64,000 nt of DNA from a bacterium (GTDB lineage Bacteria > Desulfobacterota > DSWW01): contig JBFLZG010000154.1 of the NCBI GenBank assembly GCA_040756235.1, positions 1 to 64,000 on the forward strand, read 5' to 3'. How positions within the stretch are numbered: the stretch's first letter is position 1; every line of letters starts with the position of its first letter. Shown in pieces: positions 1 to 8,583 of this stretch. A model generated the notes under the pieces. It was not told where the DNA came from, searched no databases, and saw nothing but the letters and a program-made list of their open reading frames with translations. Position numbers and translations under genes: made by a program.

Positions 1-161
1 CAAGAGGGGGTCGAAAAATGAATTCCCTCTCCCCCGTGCGCGGGGGGAGAGGGTCAGGGTGAGGGGGAATCAGGAAGCCAATTACACCCCTCATCCTGAC
101 CTTCTCCCCTCGGCGAGGGGAGAAGGGATGAAATAATCGACAGCCTCTTGAGGAGGGGACC

Positions 162-1097
162 ATGGCGGAACTGGGTCTGGTGAGACTGGGAGAGAGGGCC
201 TACGGGTATCTCCAGAAGGACCAGGGGCTCGGCTGGAGCAACTCGGGTCTCATCGCCGGCAGGGACGGATGCCTGCTGATCGACACCCTGTTCGACCTCC
301 GACTCACCCGGAGGATGCTCGACGAGGTGACCCGCCGGGTGGGAAAACCGATCCGCCGGCTCGTCAACACGCACCACAACGGCGACCACTGCTGGGGTAA
401 CCAGCTCGTGGAGGGGGCGGAGATCATCGGGCACCGGCTGTTTCGCAGCGAGATGCTGAAGATGCCGCCTGACGTGACGCAGGCCCTCCGCAGCATGACC
501 CCGGATATGCCCGGCCTGGCGCTGCTGCAGAGGGCCATGGCGCCTTTCGATTTCTCCGGGATCAGGCTCACCCCGCCGACCCTCGTCTTCGAAGACCGTT
601 TGACTCTCTACCTCGACGATCGCGAGATCGAGCTGGTCCACGTGGGGCCCGCCCACACCTCCACTGACGTGACGGTCTTCTTTCCGGAGGAAAAGGTCCT
701 GTATGCGGGGGACATCATTTTTCGCCTGTGTACGCCCATCGGCTGGGAGGGAACCTTCGAGAACTGGATCGCCGCGCTCAGGCGCATCGAAGAGCTCGGC
801 CCGGAGCGGATCGTGCCCGGTCACGGCCCGCTGTGCGGGCCCGAGGGAGCCAGGGAGATGCGCGCCTATCTGGAATACGTGCGCCGGGAGGCCGAGGCGT
901 GCTTCCGGCGGGGCCTCTCGGTTGCCGAGGCGTCCGGGAAGATCGACCTGGGGCCTTACGCCGGCTGGACGGAGCCGGAGCGGGTCGTCTTCAACGTGGC
1001 CCGCGCCTACCGCGAGCTCCGGGGCGACCCTGAAGACACGCCCGTGGACTTCTTCGAAATGGCGACCCTGATGGCCGAGTGGAGACAGGCGCGCTGA
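162..1097 (+). CDS. MBL-fold metallo-hydrolase (cyclase-like)
   Basis: THHNGDH metal motif, GPAHT, YAGD, VPGHG; RBS gaggagg upstream. Confidence 0.9.
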   Translation: MAELGLVRLGERAYGYLQKDQGLGWSNSGLIAGRDGCLLIDTLFDLRLTRRMLDEVTRRVGKPIRRLVNTHHNGDHCWGNQLVEGAEIIGHRLFRSEMLKMPPDVTQALRSMTPDMPGLALLQRAMAPFDFSGIRLTPPTLVFEDRLTLYLDDREIELVHVGPAHTSTDVTVFFPEEKVLYAGDIIFRLCTPIGWEGTFENWIAALRRIEELGPERIVPGHGPLCGPEGAREMRAYLEYVRREAEACFRRGLSVAEASGKIDLGPYAGWTEPERVVFNVARAYRELRGDPEDTPVDFFEMATLMAEWRQAR

Positions 1098-1176
1098 CGG
1101 GCGGGCGAAAGGTCTCAGGTTTCGGGTCTCAGGTTTCCGTCGGCCCCCCCAACCGAACCAGGAGGAGGACACGGCC

Positions 1177-1893
1177 ATGAAGAGCAGACACCGATCCGTG
1201 GAGGCCATGGTCGACGATCAGGTCCGCAGATGGGAGCTTCTGAGCAAGGCAGACGAAGCGAAGCCGGCGGAGCCGGTCATCGCCCTGACGCGGCTGCCCG
1301 GCAGCGGAGGGGATCTGATTGCCGAAAGGCTCGCAGGCCAGACCGGTTTCGATCTCTTCGATACCCGGATCATCGAGAAGGTGGCGGAAAGCGCCAATTT
1401 GAGCTCCGCGTGCATCAAGACCCTGGACGGGAGGCGGATCTCCTGGGTCGAGAACTGGGTGCTGGCCTTGCGGACCGAGCGTTATCTTTGGAGGGAAGAA
1501 TATATTCGGCACCTCGCAAGAGTCATTGCCGTCATCGGAAAGCACGGCCGGGCGGTGATCCTGGGGCGGGGAGCAAGCTTCATCCTGCCTCCGGAGGAGT
1601 GTCTGAGAGTCCTGGTGATTGCGCCCCTGGAGTACAGGATCGAAAACGTTCGCAAGGAGCTGGGGCTCTCTGCGGAAGATGCCAAGCAGCGCGTGGTCAC
1701 CATCGAGTCCGAGCGCCGGGCCTACATCCGTCAGTACTTCCATGCCGACATGTCGGACCCGATCCATTACGATCTGGTGCTGAACACGGCGTTTCTCGAC
1801 GTCGGGGAAGCCGTGCAGACGATCCTGGCCGCGCGCAAGGCGAAGATGACCTTCCTGGGCGCCAGGGCCTCGGGCAAGACCGTCAGGAAGTAG
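1177..1893 (+). CDS. Cytidylate kinase-like family protein
   Basis: IALTRLPGSGG P-loop-like start, VILGRGA, YDLVLNT; RBS ggaggagg. Confidence 0.85.
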   Translation: MKSRHRSVEAMVDDQVRRWELLSKADEAKPAEPVIALTRLPGSGGDLIAERLAGQTGFDLFDTRIIEKVAESANLSSACIKTLDGRRISWVENWVLALRTERYLWREEYIRHLARVIAVIGKHGRAVILGRGASFILPPEECLRVLVIAPLEYRIENVRKELGLSAEDAKQRVVTIESERRAYIRQYFHADMSDPIHYDLVLNTAFLDVGEAVQTILAARKAKMTFLGARASGKTVRK

Positions 1894-1960
1894 GGGCGGG
1901 TTTCAGACCTGCCCGGCTTGCGGGCACAGGTTGGAGGGCGACGCATGCGTCGCCCCTACA
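1890..1960. repeat. Pair of GTAG-type REP palindromes
   Basis: gtaggggcgggtttcagacctgccc (1890-1914) and agggcgacgcatgcgtcgcccctaca (1935-1960). Confidence 0.7.
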
Positions 1961-1985
1961 GGAGGGCGGACGGCCGCATCCGGTA

Positions 1986-2137
1986 GGGGCCTGTCCAGGT
2001 ATTCGGCTTCTGGAGGCTGTTCAGAAATGTCCAGATGCAAGGCGCGCGAAATCCTGAGGAATGAGGCGTACATGGGAGTACGCCGCAATGACGAAGGATG
2101 AGCGCAACGCCGCAGATGGGCATTTATGGACAGCCTC
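1986..2137 (+). mobile_element. MITE family A copy (about 152 bp)
   Basis: Core gaggaatgaggcgtac...gtacgccgcaatgacg...gcgcaacgccgcagatggg shared with 26814-26965, 40521-40672, 55475-55599; inverted ends ggctgt.../...acagcc. Confidence 0.75.
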
Positions 2138-2172
2138 CCAGGGGCGACCGGCCGGTCGCCCATACCAGTCCG

Positions 2173-4743
2173 TCAATCCTCCGGGAGCCGGCTGAGCTCC
2201 TCTTTCTCGCCGGTCCCTTCGACGATCCCGTAAATGCATCCGGCCTGCCGGTCGACGATCAACTCCCTGAATCTCCTGAAGAAGAAGCCTTCGAGCTCGG
2301 CGTAGACGGTTCTGCCGGGGTCCCGAGGGTCCAGGGTCATGCGCAAGGGGTCGACCGCATTGCGGCAGAATGCGTCCATCAGGGAGTAGCCGATGCAGGC
2401 TTTACGCAACGCCGCGCCCACGTAGAGAGCGCTGGCATCTCCGGGACCGGTGCGACAGAGCGTCTCCAGGTAGCTCCGGTCGATGAGCAGCCGGTATTCC
2501 TGCCTGGCCAGCTCGTACCAGCCTTCGTCCATGTAGAGCTCCGGGATCTTGAAACGTGCCGTCACCGGGACGATGCCCGGAATGCCCAGGTCCCGGAGGT
2601 GTCCGATCAGCTCGCAGGCACGTTTGTAAAAGAAGATGGCTCGCAGGTTGAACCCGTTCTGTTCGTAGACCCTGGCAATGTCCACGTCGTTTTCGAACAG
2701 CTTGTAGTAATACTCCTGTCGAACAAAATGGTCGCGGCTGCTTCTGGGGCCCGAGTCGCTCAGGCGCCAGACCAGGCGGATCAGGGCCAGGTACAGATCG
2801 AACTCCAGTTGCTGCCGCTCGGTCCGTCTGCCCGGTTCCGGAAAGAACTTCAATGCGTGCTCGTAGCAGGAAATGGCGTCGGCCGCGTGCCTCGCCACCG
2901 CGCCCAGGGCTTCCTGCTCGAGCTGCTTCGTGCGCTCCATCTGCTCGAGGTCGCCCTGGCGCGCGGCCTCCTCCCGATCGGATCGGAACCGTTCCGCCTG
3001 GTCCAGCGCCGTCTGTCCCAGGAGCCGGAACACGTCTCCGATCTGCTGCCCCATCTTCTTCAGGAGCGTGGCCATCTGGGGCAGCACCACCCGCACCCTG
3101 TCGATGGGGATGCCTGCGGCCAGCTCCATGTCGGAGAGAATCTGGATCGCATGGGCATACAGATTGCGGAACCGCGGATCGGAGACCCTGCCGAGGATCG
3201 ACTCCAGCGGGCGCTCTTCGGCGGCCGTGAGTTTCTGCATCATCAGCAGGTAGGTTACCAGCAGCCTGCACGAGTGGGTGAGCTCTTTTGAAGGAGACCT
3301 CTGGATCGCCCTTCGGATCCAGAAGAAGGCCTTTTCGAAATGACCGAACTCGAGATACGCCTCCGCGAGCCGGTAGTCGCGCTCGGCCGTGTCCGGCCGC
3401 TCGAGCCAGTCGGCAATCACGGTCCTGTAAGTGACCGCGATGCGCCGTCTCTCGGCAAAGCCGCCCGCCAGAAAGGAAAGCGTCACCTGCGACATGTCGT
3501 CCCGGAACGCCGGGTCGTGCAGCCCTTCCACCCAGTGGTGAAAGTTGCGGGCTCCGGAGACGATCATCCCGGCGTCCGCGGTCTCCATGAAGCGGTCCAT
3601 GTCGAGCAGGTCGCTCACGTGCATCTGCCGCTGCCGGAAGTCGATCGGGACGGAGTCCGGGAAGACGCGGTGTTTCCTCAGGATCCCGAGGTCGATGTCC
3701 GAGAAGCGATTGGCGTAAATGTTGGGCCAGGGGTGGCCGGGATGCCTGCGGTCGCGGAGCGTCTCGTAGGACGCGAACTGAAACCTCCCGTCTCCTGCGT
3801 CGAAGATCCTCAGCAGGAACACCGCCTGCGCGTAGTGGCCGGCCAGGTCCACGCCTGCAATCACGTCCGCCCTGCCCCGGACGAGATCGAACGTCGCCGG
3901 GAATACGTTCGTCACGAGCTTGACGTTGCCGTTCTCGTAGACGCCCTTGTGCTCCATCTGCTCCCGGATCGAGCCGTACTCTTCCCAGGAGAAGGGGATT
4001 CCGGCCGCGTGCAGGGCGTCCAGCAGGCGCAGCCCCCGTGCGTGCTCCTCCCGGGTGGGGCTGATGTGCCTTTCTCCGAACGGCACGATGAAGCGCAGCT
4101 CCCGGTGGTCCTTTCTGCCCACGCGGGAAGCCAGCCGTTTCAGGTCGTCGACTCCCGGGGGGCGGTCGAACGGCAGAGAGGGCAGGGGGCCGTTCCCGCG
4201 CGCCATCCAGCCGTTCATATAGAGCTCGTCCGGGCCGCTGTGAAGGGCTCCCCGCTTGCCGGCCATCAGGGACGTGCTCGAGCTGCCGGTCCCGGTGTAG
4301 ATGTTGCTCGTGTTCTGATACGGGTTGATCCCCATGTCGACGGCCGCGGCCCCTTGGCCGTACTGCTCCTTGTCGCGCAACCCGCCCTGCACCCCGTACC
4401 GTTCCTTCTTGGCCCACTGGATGCGGATGTTGTGACGGCTGGAAAAGGACGATTGACGGAGGAAGCTGAGGTAGGTCTCCACGGCGGCGTTGTCGCCGAG
4501 GATCCCCAGGAACGAGTTGCCGTTTGCTGACTGGAATTTGCGGGTGGAGAGGACCGCCTGGCCGACGGCGTGGATCAGCAGATGGATGTCCCGTTCGACC
4601 GCGCCCGGCAACCGGCCGGGGGTCGCGCCGAGGTCGGACGCCTCGATGCTCACGATATCGCTCAGCAAGGGCATCAGGTCCCTGTCCTGGAGAAAGCTCT
4701 CTCCGATGGCCTGAACGATTTCTTCCATTCGAGGCGAATGCAT
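2173..4743 (-). CDS. Hypothetical 856-aa protein: degenerate GlpX (class II FBPase)-like N-terminal domain plus C-terminal TPR-like helical repeats
   Basis: Likely start ATG 4743 (MHSPRMEE) or 4728; the longer ORF-track version overlaps the thiolase in another frame. GlpX-like motifs GDNAAV, AVDMGINPYQNT, GPDELYM, GERH; TPR-like LAEAYLEFGHFEKAFFWIRRAI, IARVYEQNGFNLRAIFFYKRACE. Confidence 0.7.
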   Translation of the reverse strand: MHSPRMEEIVQAIGESFLQDRDLMPLLSDIVSIEASDLGATPGRLPGAVERDIHLLIHAVGQAVLSTRKFQSANGNSFLGILGDNAAVETYLSFLRQSSFSSRHNIRIQWAKKERYGVQGGLRDKEQYGQGAAAVDMGINPYQNTSNIYTGTGSSSTSLMAGKRGALHSGPDELYMNGWMARGNGPLPSLPFDRPPGVDDLKRLASRVGRKDHRELRFIVPFGERHISPTREEHARGLRLLDALHAAGIPFSWEEYGSIREQMEHKGVYENGNVKLVTNVFPATFDLVRGRADVIAGVDLAGHYAQAVFLLRIFDAGDGRFQFASYETLRDRRHPGHPWPNIYANRFSDIDLGILRKHRVFPDSVPIDFRQRQMHVSDLLDMDRFMETADAGMIVSGARNFHHWVEGLHDPAFRDDMSQVTLSFLAGGFAERRRIAVTYRTVIADWLERPDTAERDYRLAEAYLEFGHFEKAFFWIRRAIQRSPSKELTHSCRLLVTYLLMMQKLTAAEERPLESILGRVSDPRFRNLYAHAIQILSDMELAAGIPIDRVRVVLPQMATLLKKMGQQIGDVFRLLGQTALDQAERFRSDREEAARQGDLEQMERTKQLEQEALGAVARHAADAISCYEHALKFFPEPGRRTERQQLEFDLYLALIRLVWRLSDSGPRSSRDHFVRQEYYYKLFENDVDIARVYEQNGFNLRAIFFYKRACELIGHLRDLGIPGIVPVTARFKIPELYMDEGWYELARQEYRLLIDRSYLETLCRTGPGDASALYVGAALRKACIGYSLMDAFCRNAVDPLRMTLDPRDPGRTVYAELEGFFFRRFRELIVDRQAGCIYGIVEGTGEKEELSRLPED

Positions 4744-4769
4744 GGCAGGACCTTCGCAGATCCGTACGT

Positions 4770-5921
4770 TCACCGGGCCAGGATGTGGATGCCGCACGCT
4801 CCGGCCTCCAAGCCTGCCGCGAACCCGCCCAGCATGTGGGCGAGCCCGACCTTGGCGCCGGGCACCTGTCGTCTGCCGGCCTGGCCCCGCAGATGCAGAG
4901 CGATCTCCGCGACGACGCGCACTCCGGAGGCGCTCAGCGGGTGGCCCAGGGCGAGCAGACCCCCGCTCGGGTTCACCGGGACCCTTCCTCCGAGCGCCGT
5001 GGCGCCGGATCGAAGCAGCGAGATCCCGTCGCCCGGCTTGCACAGGGCCAGGTCCTCGTAGCGCAGGATCTCCTCCGAGGCGAAGGCGTCGTGCATCTCG
5101 ACCAGGTCGATGTCCTCCGGCCCGCACCCGGCCATTTCGTAGGCCTTCTTGGCCGTCTCCGTCCCGAGAGGCGAGGAGGTGAGGTCCTTCTGGAGCCAGC
5201 GGTAGCCTCCGGAGAGCAGGGCGGACCCGATGATCCGGACCGGCCGGGCCGTGTGCCGTCTGGCAACATCCATGGAGCAGAGCACCACGGCGGCCGCGCC
5301 GTCCGTGTTGGGACAGCATTCCAGAAGCGTGATCGGCTCGCAGATCATGCGGGACTGGAGCACTTCCTGGATCGTGAATTCTTTCTTGTACTGCGCGTGC
5401 GGGTTGAGGCAGCCGTGGTGGTGGTTCTTGACCGACACCCGGGCGAAGTCCTCGGGGGTGGCGCCGGCCTCGACCATCTGCCTCCGGGCGAGGAGCGCGA
5501 AGACGGCGGGCATGGTCAGCCCGAGCTGGCCCTCCAGGTCGTCCTTGCCGGGCGGGATGAGCTTGCGCGCGATCGGGCTCGTGGTCATCGACTCCACGCC
5601 GATCGCGATCCCCACGTCGTAATGCCCGCTGGCGATCTCCTTCCAGACCCCGCGCACCGCCGTCGCCCCTCCCGCACAGGCGTTCTCGACGTTGATCATC
5701 TCGATCCCCGTCACGCCCACTTCCTTGAGGACGTCCTGGCTGGTGATGGCGGCGTCATAGAGCCTGGACGTATAGGCTACCTGAATCTGCCTGGGCGGAA
5801 GGCCGGCGTCTTTGAGCGCTGCCAGCACCGCGTCCCGGCCCAGCTCCGCAGCCGTCTTCTCGGGCATTTTACCGAACGTGCTCTGACCGACGCCCAGTAC
5901 GGCGACTTCTCTCATTTCCAT
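4770..5921 (-). CDS. Thiolase family protein (SCP2/SCP-x type)
   Basis: ENACAGG catalytic Cys, EMHDAF, NPSGGLLALGHPLSASG. Confidence 0.92.
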   Translation of the reverse strand: MEMREVAVLGVGQSTFGKMPEKTAAELGRDAVLAALKDAGLPPRQIQVAYTSRLYDAAITSQDVLKEVGVTGIEMINVENACAGGATAVRGVWKEIASGHYDVGIAIGVESMTTSPIARKLIPPGKDDLEGQLGLTMPAVFALLARRQMVEAGATPEDFARVSVKNHHHGCLNPHAQYKKEFTIQEVLQSRMICEPITLLECCPNTDGAAAVVLCSMDVARRHTARPVRIIGSALLSGGYRWLQKDLTSSPLGTETAKKAYEMAGCGPEDIDLVEMHDAFASEEILRYEDLALCKPGDGISLLRSGATALGGRVPVNPSGGLLALGHPLSASGVRVVAEIALHLRGQAGRRQVPGAKVGLAHMLGGFAAGLEAGACGIHILAR

Positions 5922-5939
5922 CCTCCCTCTCCAGCGGGG

Positions 5940-5996
5940 GATTGCTTCGCTTCGCTCGCAACAGGCTCCGCAGATGGGCCCTTTTCAACGGCCTGC
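5940..5996 (+). repeat. Partial MITE family A end fused to a REP-like palindrome
   Basis: cttcgcttcgctcgcaacaggctccgcagatgggcccttttcaacggcctg matches the reverse complement of 51514-51561; contains the DUF35 stop codon. Confidence 0.6.
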
Positions 5997-6383
5997 AGGC
6001 TGGAACATGTACCCGATCACCTCCTTGCCTCCTTCCTCCCAAAGCCTGCCGATCACGACCTCCATCTCCATCCCCACCTCGAACGCCCTCCCCTCGGCGG
6101 GCTTGAGGGGAGCGAATATCCGGAGACCTTCCGGCAGATCGACGAAGCCCATGGCGCAGGGCGGCTGGAAACGGGAGGACGGCATATGCGCAATGGTATA
6201 CGAGTAGAGCGTCCCGGTCCTGCTCAGGACGACTTCCTCCAGCTCCTGGTGCAGACAGGCCAGACACAGCTTGGCCTTGGGAAAGAAGACTTGCCTGCAC
6301 GACCTGCACCTGTTCCCCAGCAGGGCGCCTCCGTCAGGAGCATCCCGGAACGTGCCTTCCCGTATCGGTATCCGCTCGGCCAT
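5985..6383 (-). CDS. DUF35 Zn-ribbon/OB-fold protein (thiolase partner)
   Basis: CRSC...CLAC zinc ribbon, GTLYSYT, VDLPEG; adjacent to thiolase. Confidence 0.9.
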   Translation of the reverse strand: MAERIPIREGTFRDAPDGGALLGNRCRSCRQVFFPKAKLCLACLHQELEEVVLSRTGTLYSYTIAHMPSSRFQPPCAMGFVDLPEGLRIFAPLKPAEGRAFEVGMEMEVVIGRLWEEGGKEVIGYMFQPAGR

Positions 6384-6424
6384 CTGCTCCTCCTGAATAG
6401 CTACGGGCAGTTCGCTCGTTGGAA

Positions 6425-6453
6425 GTAGGGGCGAAAAACCTTTTCGCCCCTAC
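6425..6453. repeat. GTAG-type REP palindrome
   Basis: gtaggggcgaaaa-acc-ttttcgcccctac, perfect 13-bp stem. Confidence 0.75.
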
Positions 6454-6512
6454 GCGGACTGCTCCGCAGATGAAATTCTCCTGAAGCGCTCGGGCCGCAG
6501 GCCCTGCGGCAG

Positions 6513-7643
6513 TCAGTCCAGAACGGCGGCCCGGATGCGTTCCCCCAACTGCTCGGGCAGATCGGACGCGATCGCCTGCTCGAGATCGCGGACCCCGCCC
6601 AGCCGGGTGAAAACGATTTCGTGCGCGGGGTCCACGAAGATGATCTGATCGAAGGCGCCGCTGGCGCGGAAGATTTCCTCCGGCAAGCCGGGCATCATCT
6701 TCCCGTCGCCTTCGAAGCGCAGGGGTACGGACCCGGTCGTCCAGTGGCCTTCCCGATTCAGCCACCAGAGGTATCCGTAGGAAGAGTTGAGCACGGTGGA
6801 GGGCTCGGTGGACTCCTTCACCCAGTCTTCCGAGACGATCCGCCGGCCCTGGCTCCACTGCCCGCCGCGCAGATACAGGTAACCGAACCGCGCCAGATCC
6901 CTGCAGGAGGCGCTCACGTCCGAGAAGACGAGCGGGTTGCCGGCAGCGTCGCGCCCGTAGGCCGAGACCATTCCGAGAGGCTCGAAGAGGTTGTCCGCGG
7001 CGTACGCGGCGCAGTCCATGCCGGTGGCGACCTCGAGGACCCGCTCGAGCGACTGAATGGCGGCGTTGTTGTACTCCCAGTAAGTCCCGGGCTCGTACTG
7101 CTGGCCAAGGGCGATGGCGTAAGCCGTCTTGTCGGGCGCCAGCAAGTACATGGCCCCGTAATCGCTCATCAGGTCCCAGTAACGGCCGGAGTCGTTGCTG
7201 AGAAGGTTGCGGATCGTGACCTCTTCGCTCCCCGTTCCGGCCCATTCGGGGATGTAGGCGGAAGCTGCGTCCCGGATGTCAAGCTGGCCGCGGTCCTGTG
7301 CGATGCCCACGAGCGCGTTGGTGACCGATTTCGACACAGAGTAGATATTCTGCTCCGTGGCGGCGTCCCACCCGTTCCAGTACCATTCCCCGACGATGGC
7401 GCCGTGGCGGGTGATCACGAGGCAATCGGAGGCCTTTTCCTGCGCGTAGATGGCCGCGGCCTCCAGAAGTCCCGCGTCGAGCCCGTGAGCCTCGGGCGCA
7501 TCGACCCTCCACTCCGGGTCCGGGTAGGCGAGCTCGCGCTGGACGCCGGCCTGGCTTCCGCCATCGTCCCCGCAGGAGAAAGCGCCCAGCCAGCTCATCA
7601 GAAGCAGCCCCGTCCCCAGCCGCATTCGGATCCGCTCGCGCAT
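6513..7643 (-). CDS. Serine hydrolase, beta-lactamase (AmpC-like) family, probable lipoprotein
   Basis: SVSK (SxxK), YNN, DLARFG, YGYLWW; lipobox-like AFSC. Confidence 0.88.
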   Translation of the reverse strand: MRERIRMRLGTGLLLMSWLGAFSCGDDGGSQAGVQRELAYPDPEWRVDAPEAHGLDAGLLEAAAIYAQEKASDCLVITRHGAIVGEWYWNGWDAATEQNIYSVSKSVTNALVGIAQDRGQLDIRDAASAYIPEWAGTGSEEVTIRNLLSNDSGRYWDLMSDYGAMYLLAPDKTAYAIALGQQYEPGTYWEYNNAAIQSLERVLEVATGMDCAAYAADNLFEPLGMVSAYGRDAAGNPLVFSDVSASCRDLARFGYLYLRGGQWSQGRRIVSEDWVKESTEPSTVLNSSYGYLWWLNREGHWTTGSVPLRFEGDGKMMPGLPEEIFRASGAFDQIIFVDPAHEIVFTRLGGVRDLEQAIASDLPEQLGERIRAAVLD

Positions 7644-7795
7644 CGCGCTCCCTCCTGAAACCTGCCGTCAGGCGTCGGTTCTTCCGGTGTCGCTGACCCT
7701 TTTCTATCACAGGTTCGCTCGGAAAGCATAGCGCGCGGGCGCGATGGGCCACAACCGGTGGATTGTGGCTTGGGGAGCACGAGAAGTTGGCCCCG

Positions 7796-7960
7796 GCAGG
7801 CTGTTCGAAAATGCCCGGATGCAGAGCAGGCGCAGCTCTGCGCAATGAGGCGCGCTGCTCGTACGCCGCAGCGACCCCGGCCTTCGCCGGGGCAGGCTCC
7901 CAGCCCGCCTCCGGGACCAACGAGCCGAACCCGGCAGGTGGGCGTTTTTCAACAGCCTGC
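7796..7960 (+). mobile_element. MITE family A variant with internal hairpin insert
   Basis: Ends gcaggctgttcgaaaatgccc / gggcgtttttcaacagcctgc; core aatgaggcg...gtacgccgcag; insert ccccggccttcgccgggg. Confidence 0.7.
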
Positions 7961-7961
7961 C

Positions 7962-8342
7962 CTAGAACTTGGCGATCACGACCAGGTCATAGCGCGGCGT
8001 GCGGGGGGCGGACTGCAGGTTCGGATCCGGAACCAAATTGGGAACGGAGACGACCTCCGGACCCTCCGCCCGGAGCCAGCTCTTGAACCCCCCCTCCTCT
8101 TCGGCCGCAGGCACGGCCGCCAGCTCCTGGAACACGGAGGGCAGGGTCCGTTCCGGGTTGACGGCAGGCGGGACCTCCAAAGGAGGGTTCACCTCCGGGG
8201 TGACACGCAGGCAGATGCTCACGGCCAGGGGGCTCTTCTGGGTCGAAGGGCAGTCTGCAGGGTCGCTTGCAGACGCGGAAGCGCCGGCGAGGAAGAAAGC
8301 CACCACCATGGCCAGGCGCCCGATCATCTTGATGTTTCTCAT
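7962..8342 (-). CDS. Hypothetical secreted protein
   Basis: Signal peptide MRNIKMIGRLAMVVAFFLAGASASA; Pro-rich; terminal Phe. Confidence 0.6.
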   Translation of the reverse strand: MRNIKMIGRLAMVVAFFLAGASASASDPADCPSTQKSPLAVSICLRVTPEVNPPLEVPPAVNPERTLPSVFQELAAVPAAEEEGGFKSWLRAEGPEVVSVPNLVPDPNLQSAPRTPRYDLVVIAKF

Positions 8343-8583
8343 GGTCTCGGTCTCCGATGCGGGATCTCAGGCCTGTATCGCGGGGTCTCAGGCCTCTGCG
8401 GAGGCTGAAATTCCCCTGACAGTTAGATGCCCCTTCACAGGCCGAAGGCGGCAAGCCCGGTGCGAGCCGGACGCTGGACCGAACCCATGGCTCGCCGCGT
8501 CTAAGAGGTGATGCAAATCAAGCCCTGCGGACGCATGCTCCGGGCCGCCGCAGGGATTTGTTTTTCCACCATGGAGGACGAAC

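Noticed and set aside
1890..2165. Repeat cluster as a CRISPR array
   Set aside because: No regularly spaced identical repeats with unique spacers and no cas genes; explained by REPs and a MITE.
4744..5319. N-terminal extension of the 1048-aa ORF-track protein
   Set aside because: Overlaps the thiolase in another frame and is Arg/Gly-rich shadow translation; the real start is near 4743/4728.
8340..8520. Possible riboswitch or sigma54 promoter upstream of the small secreted gene
   Set aside because: No riboswitch consensus recognised; the TCGCAC-N5-TTGCC box lacks the -24 GG.
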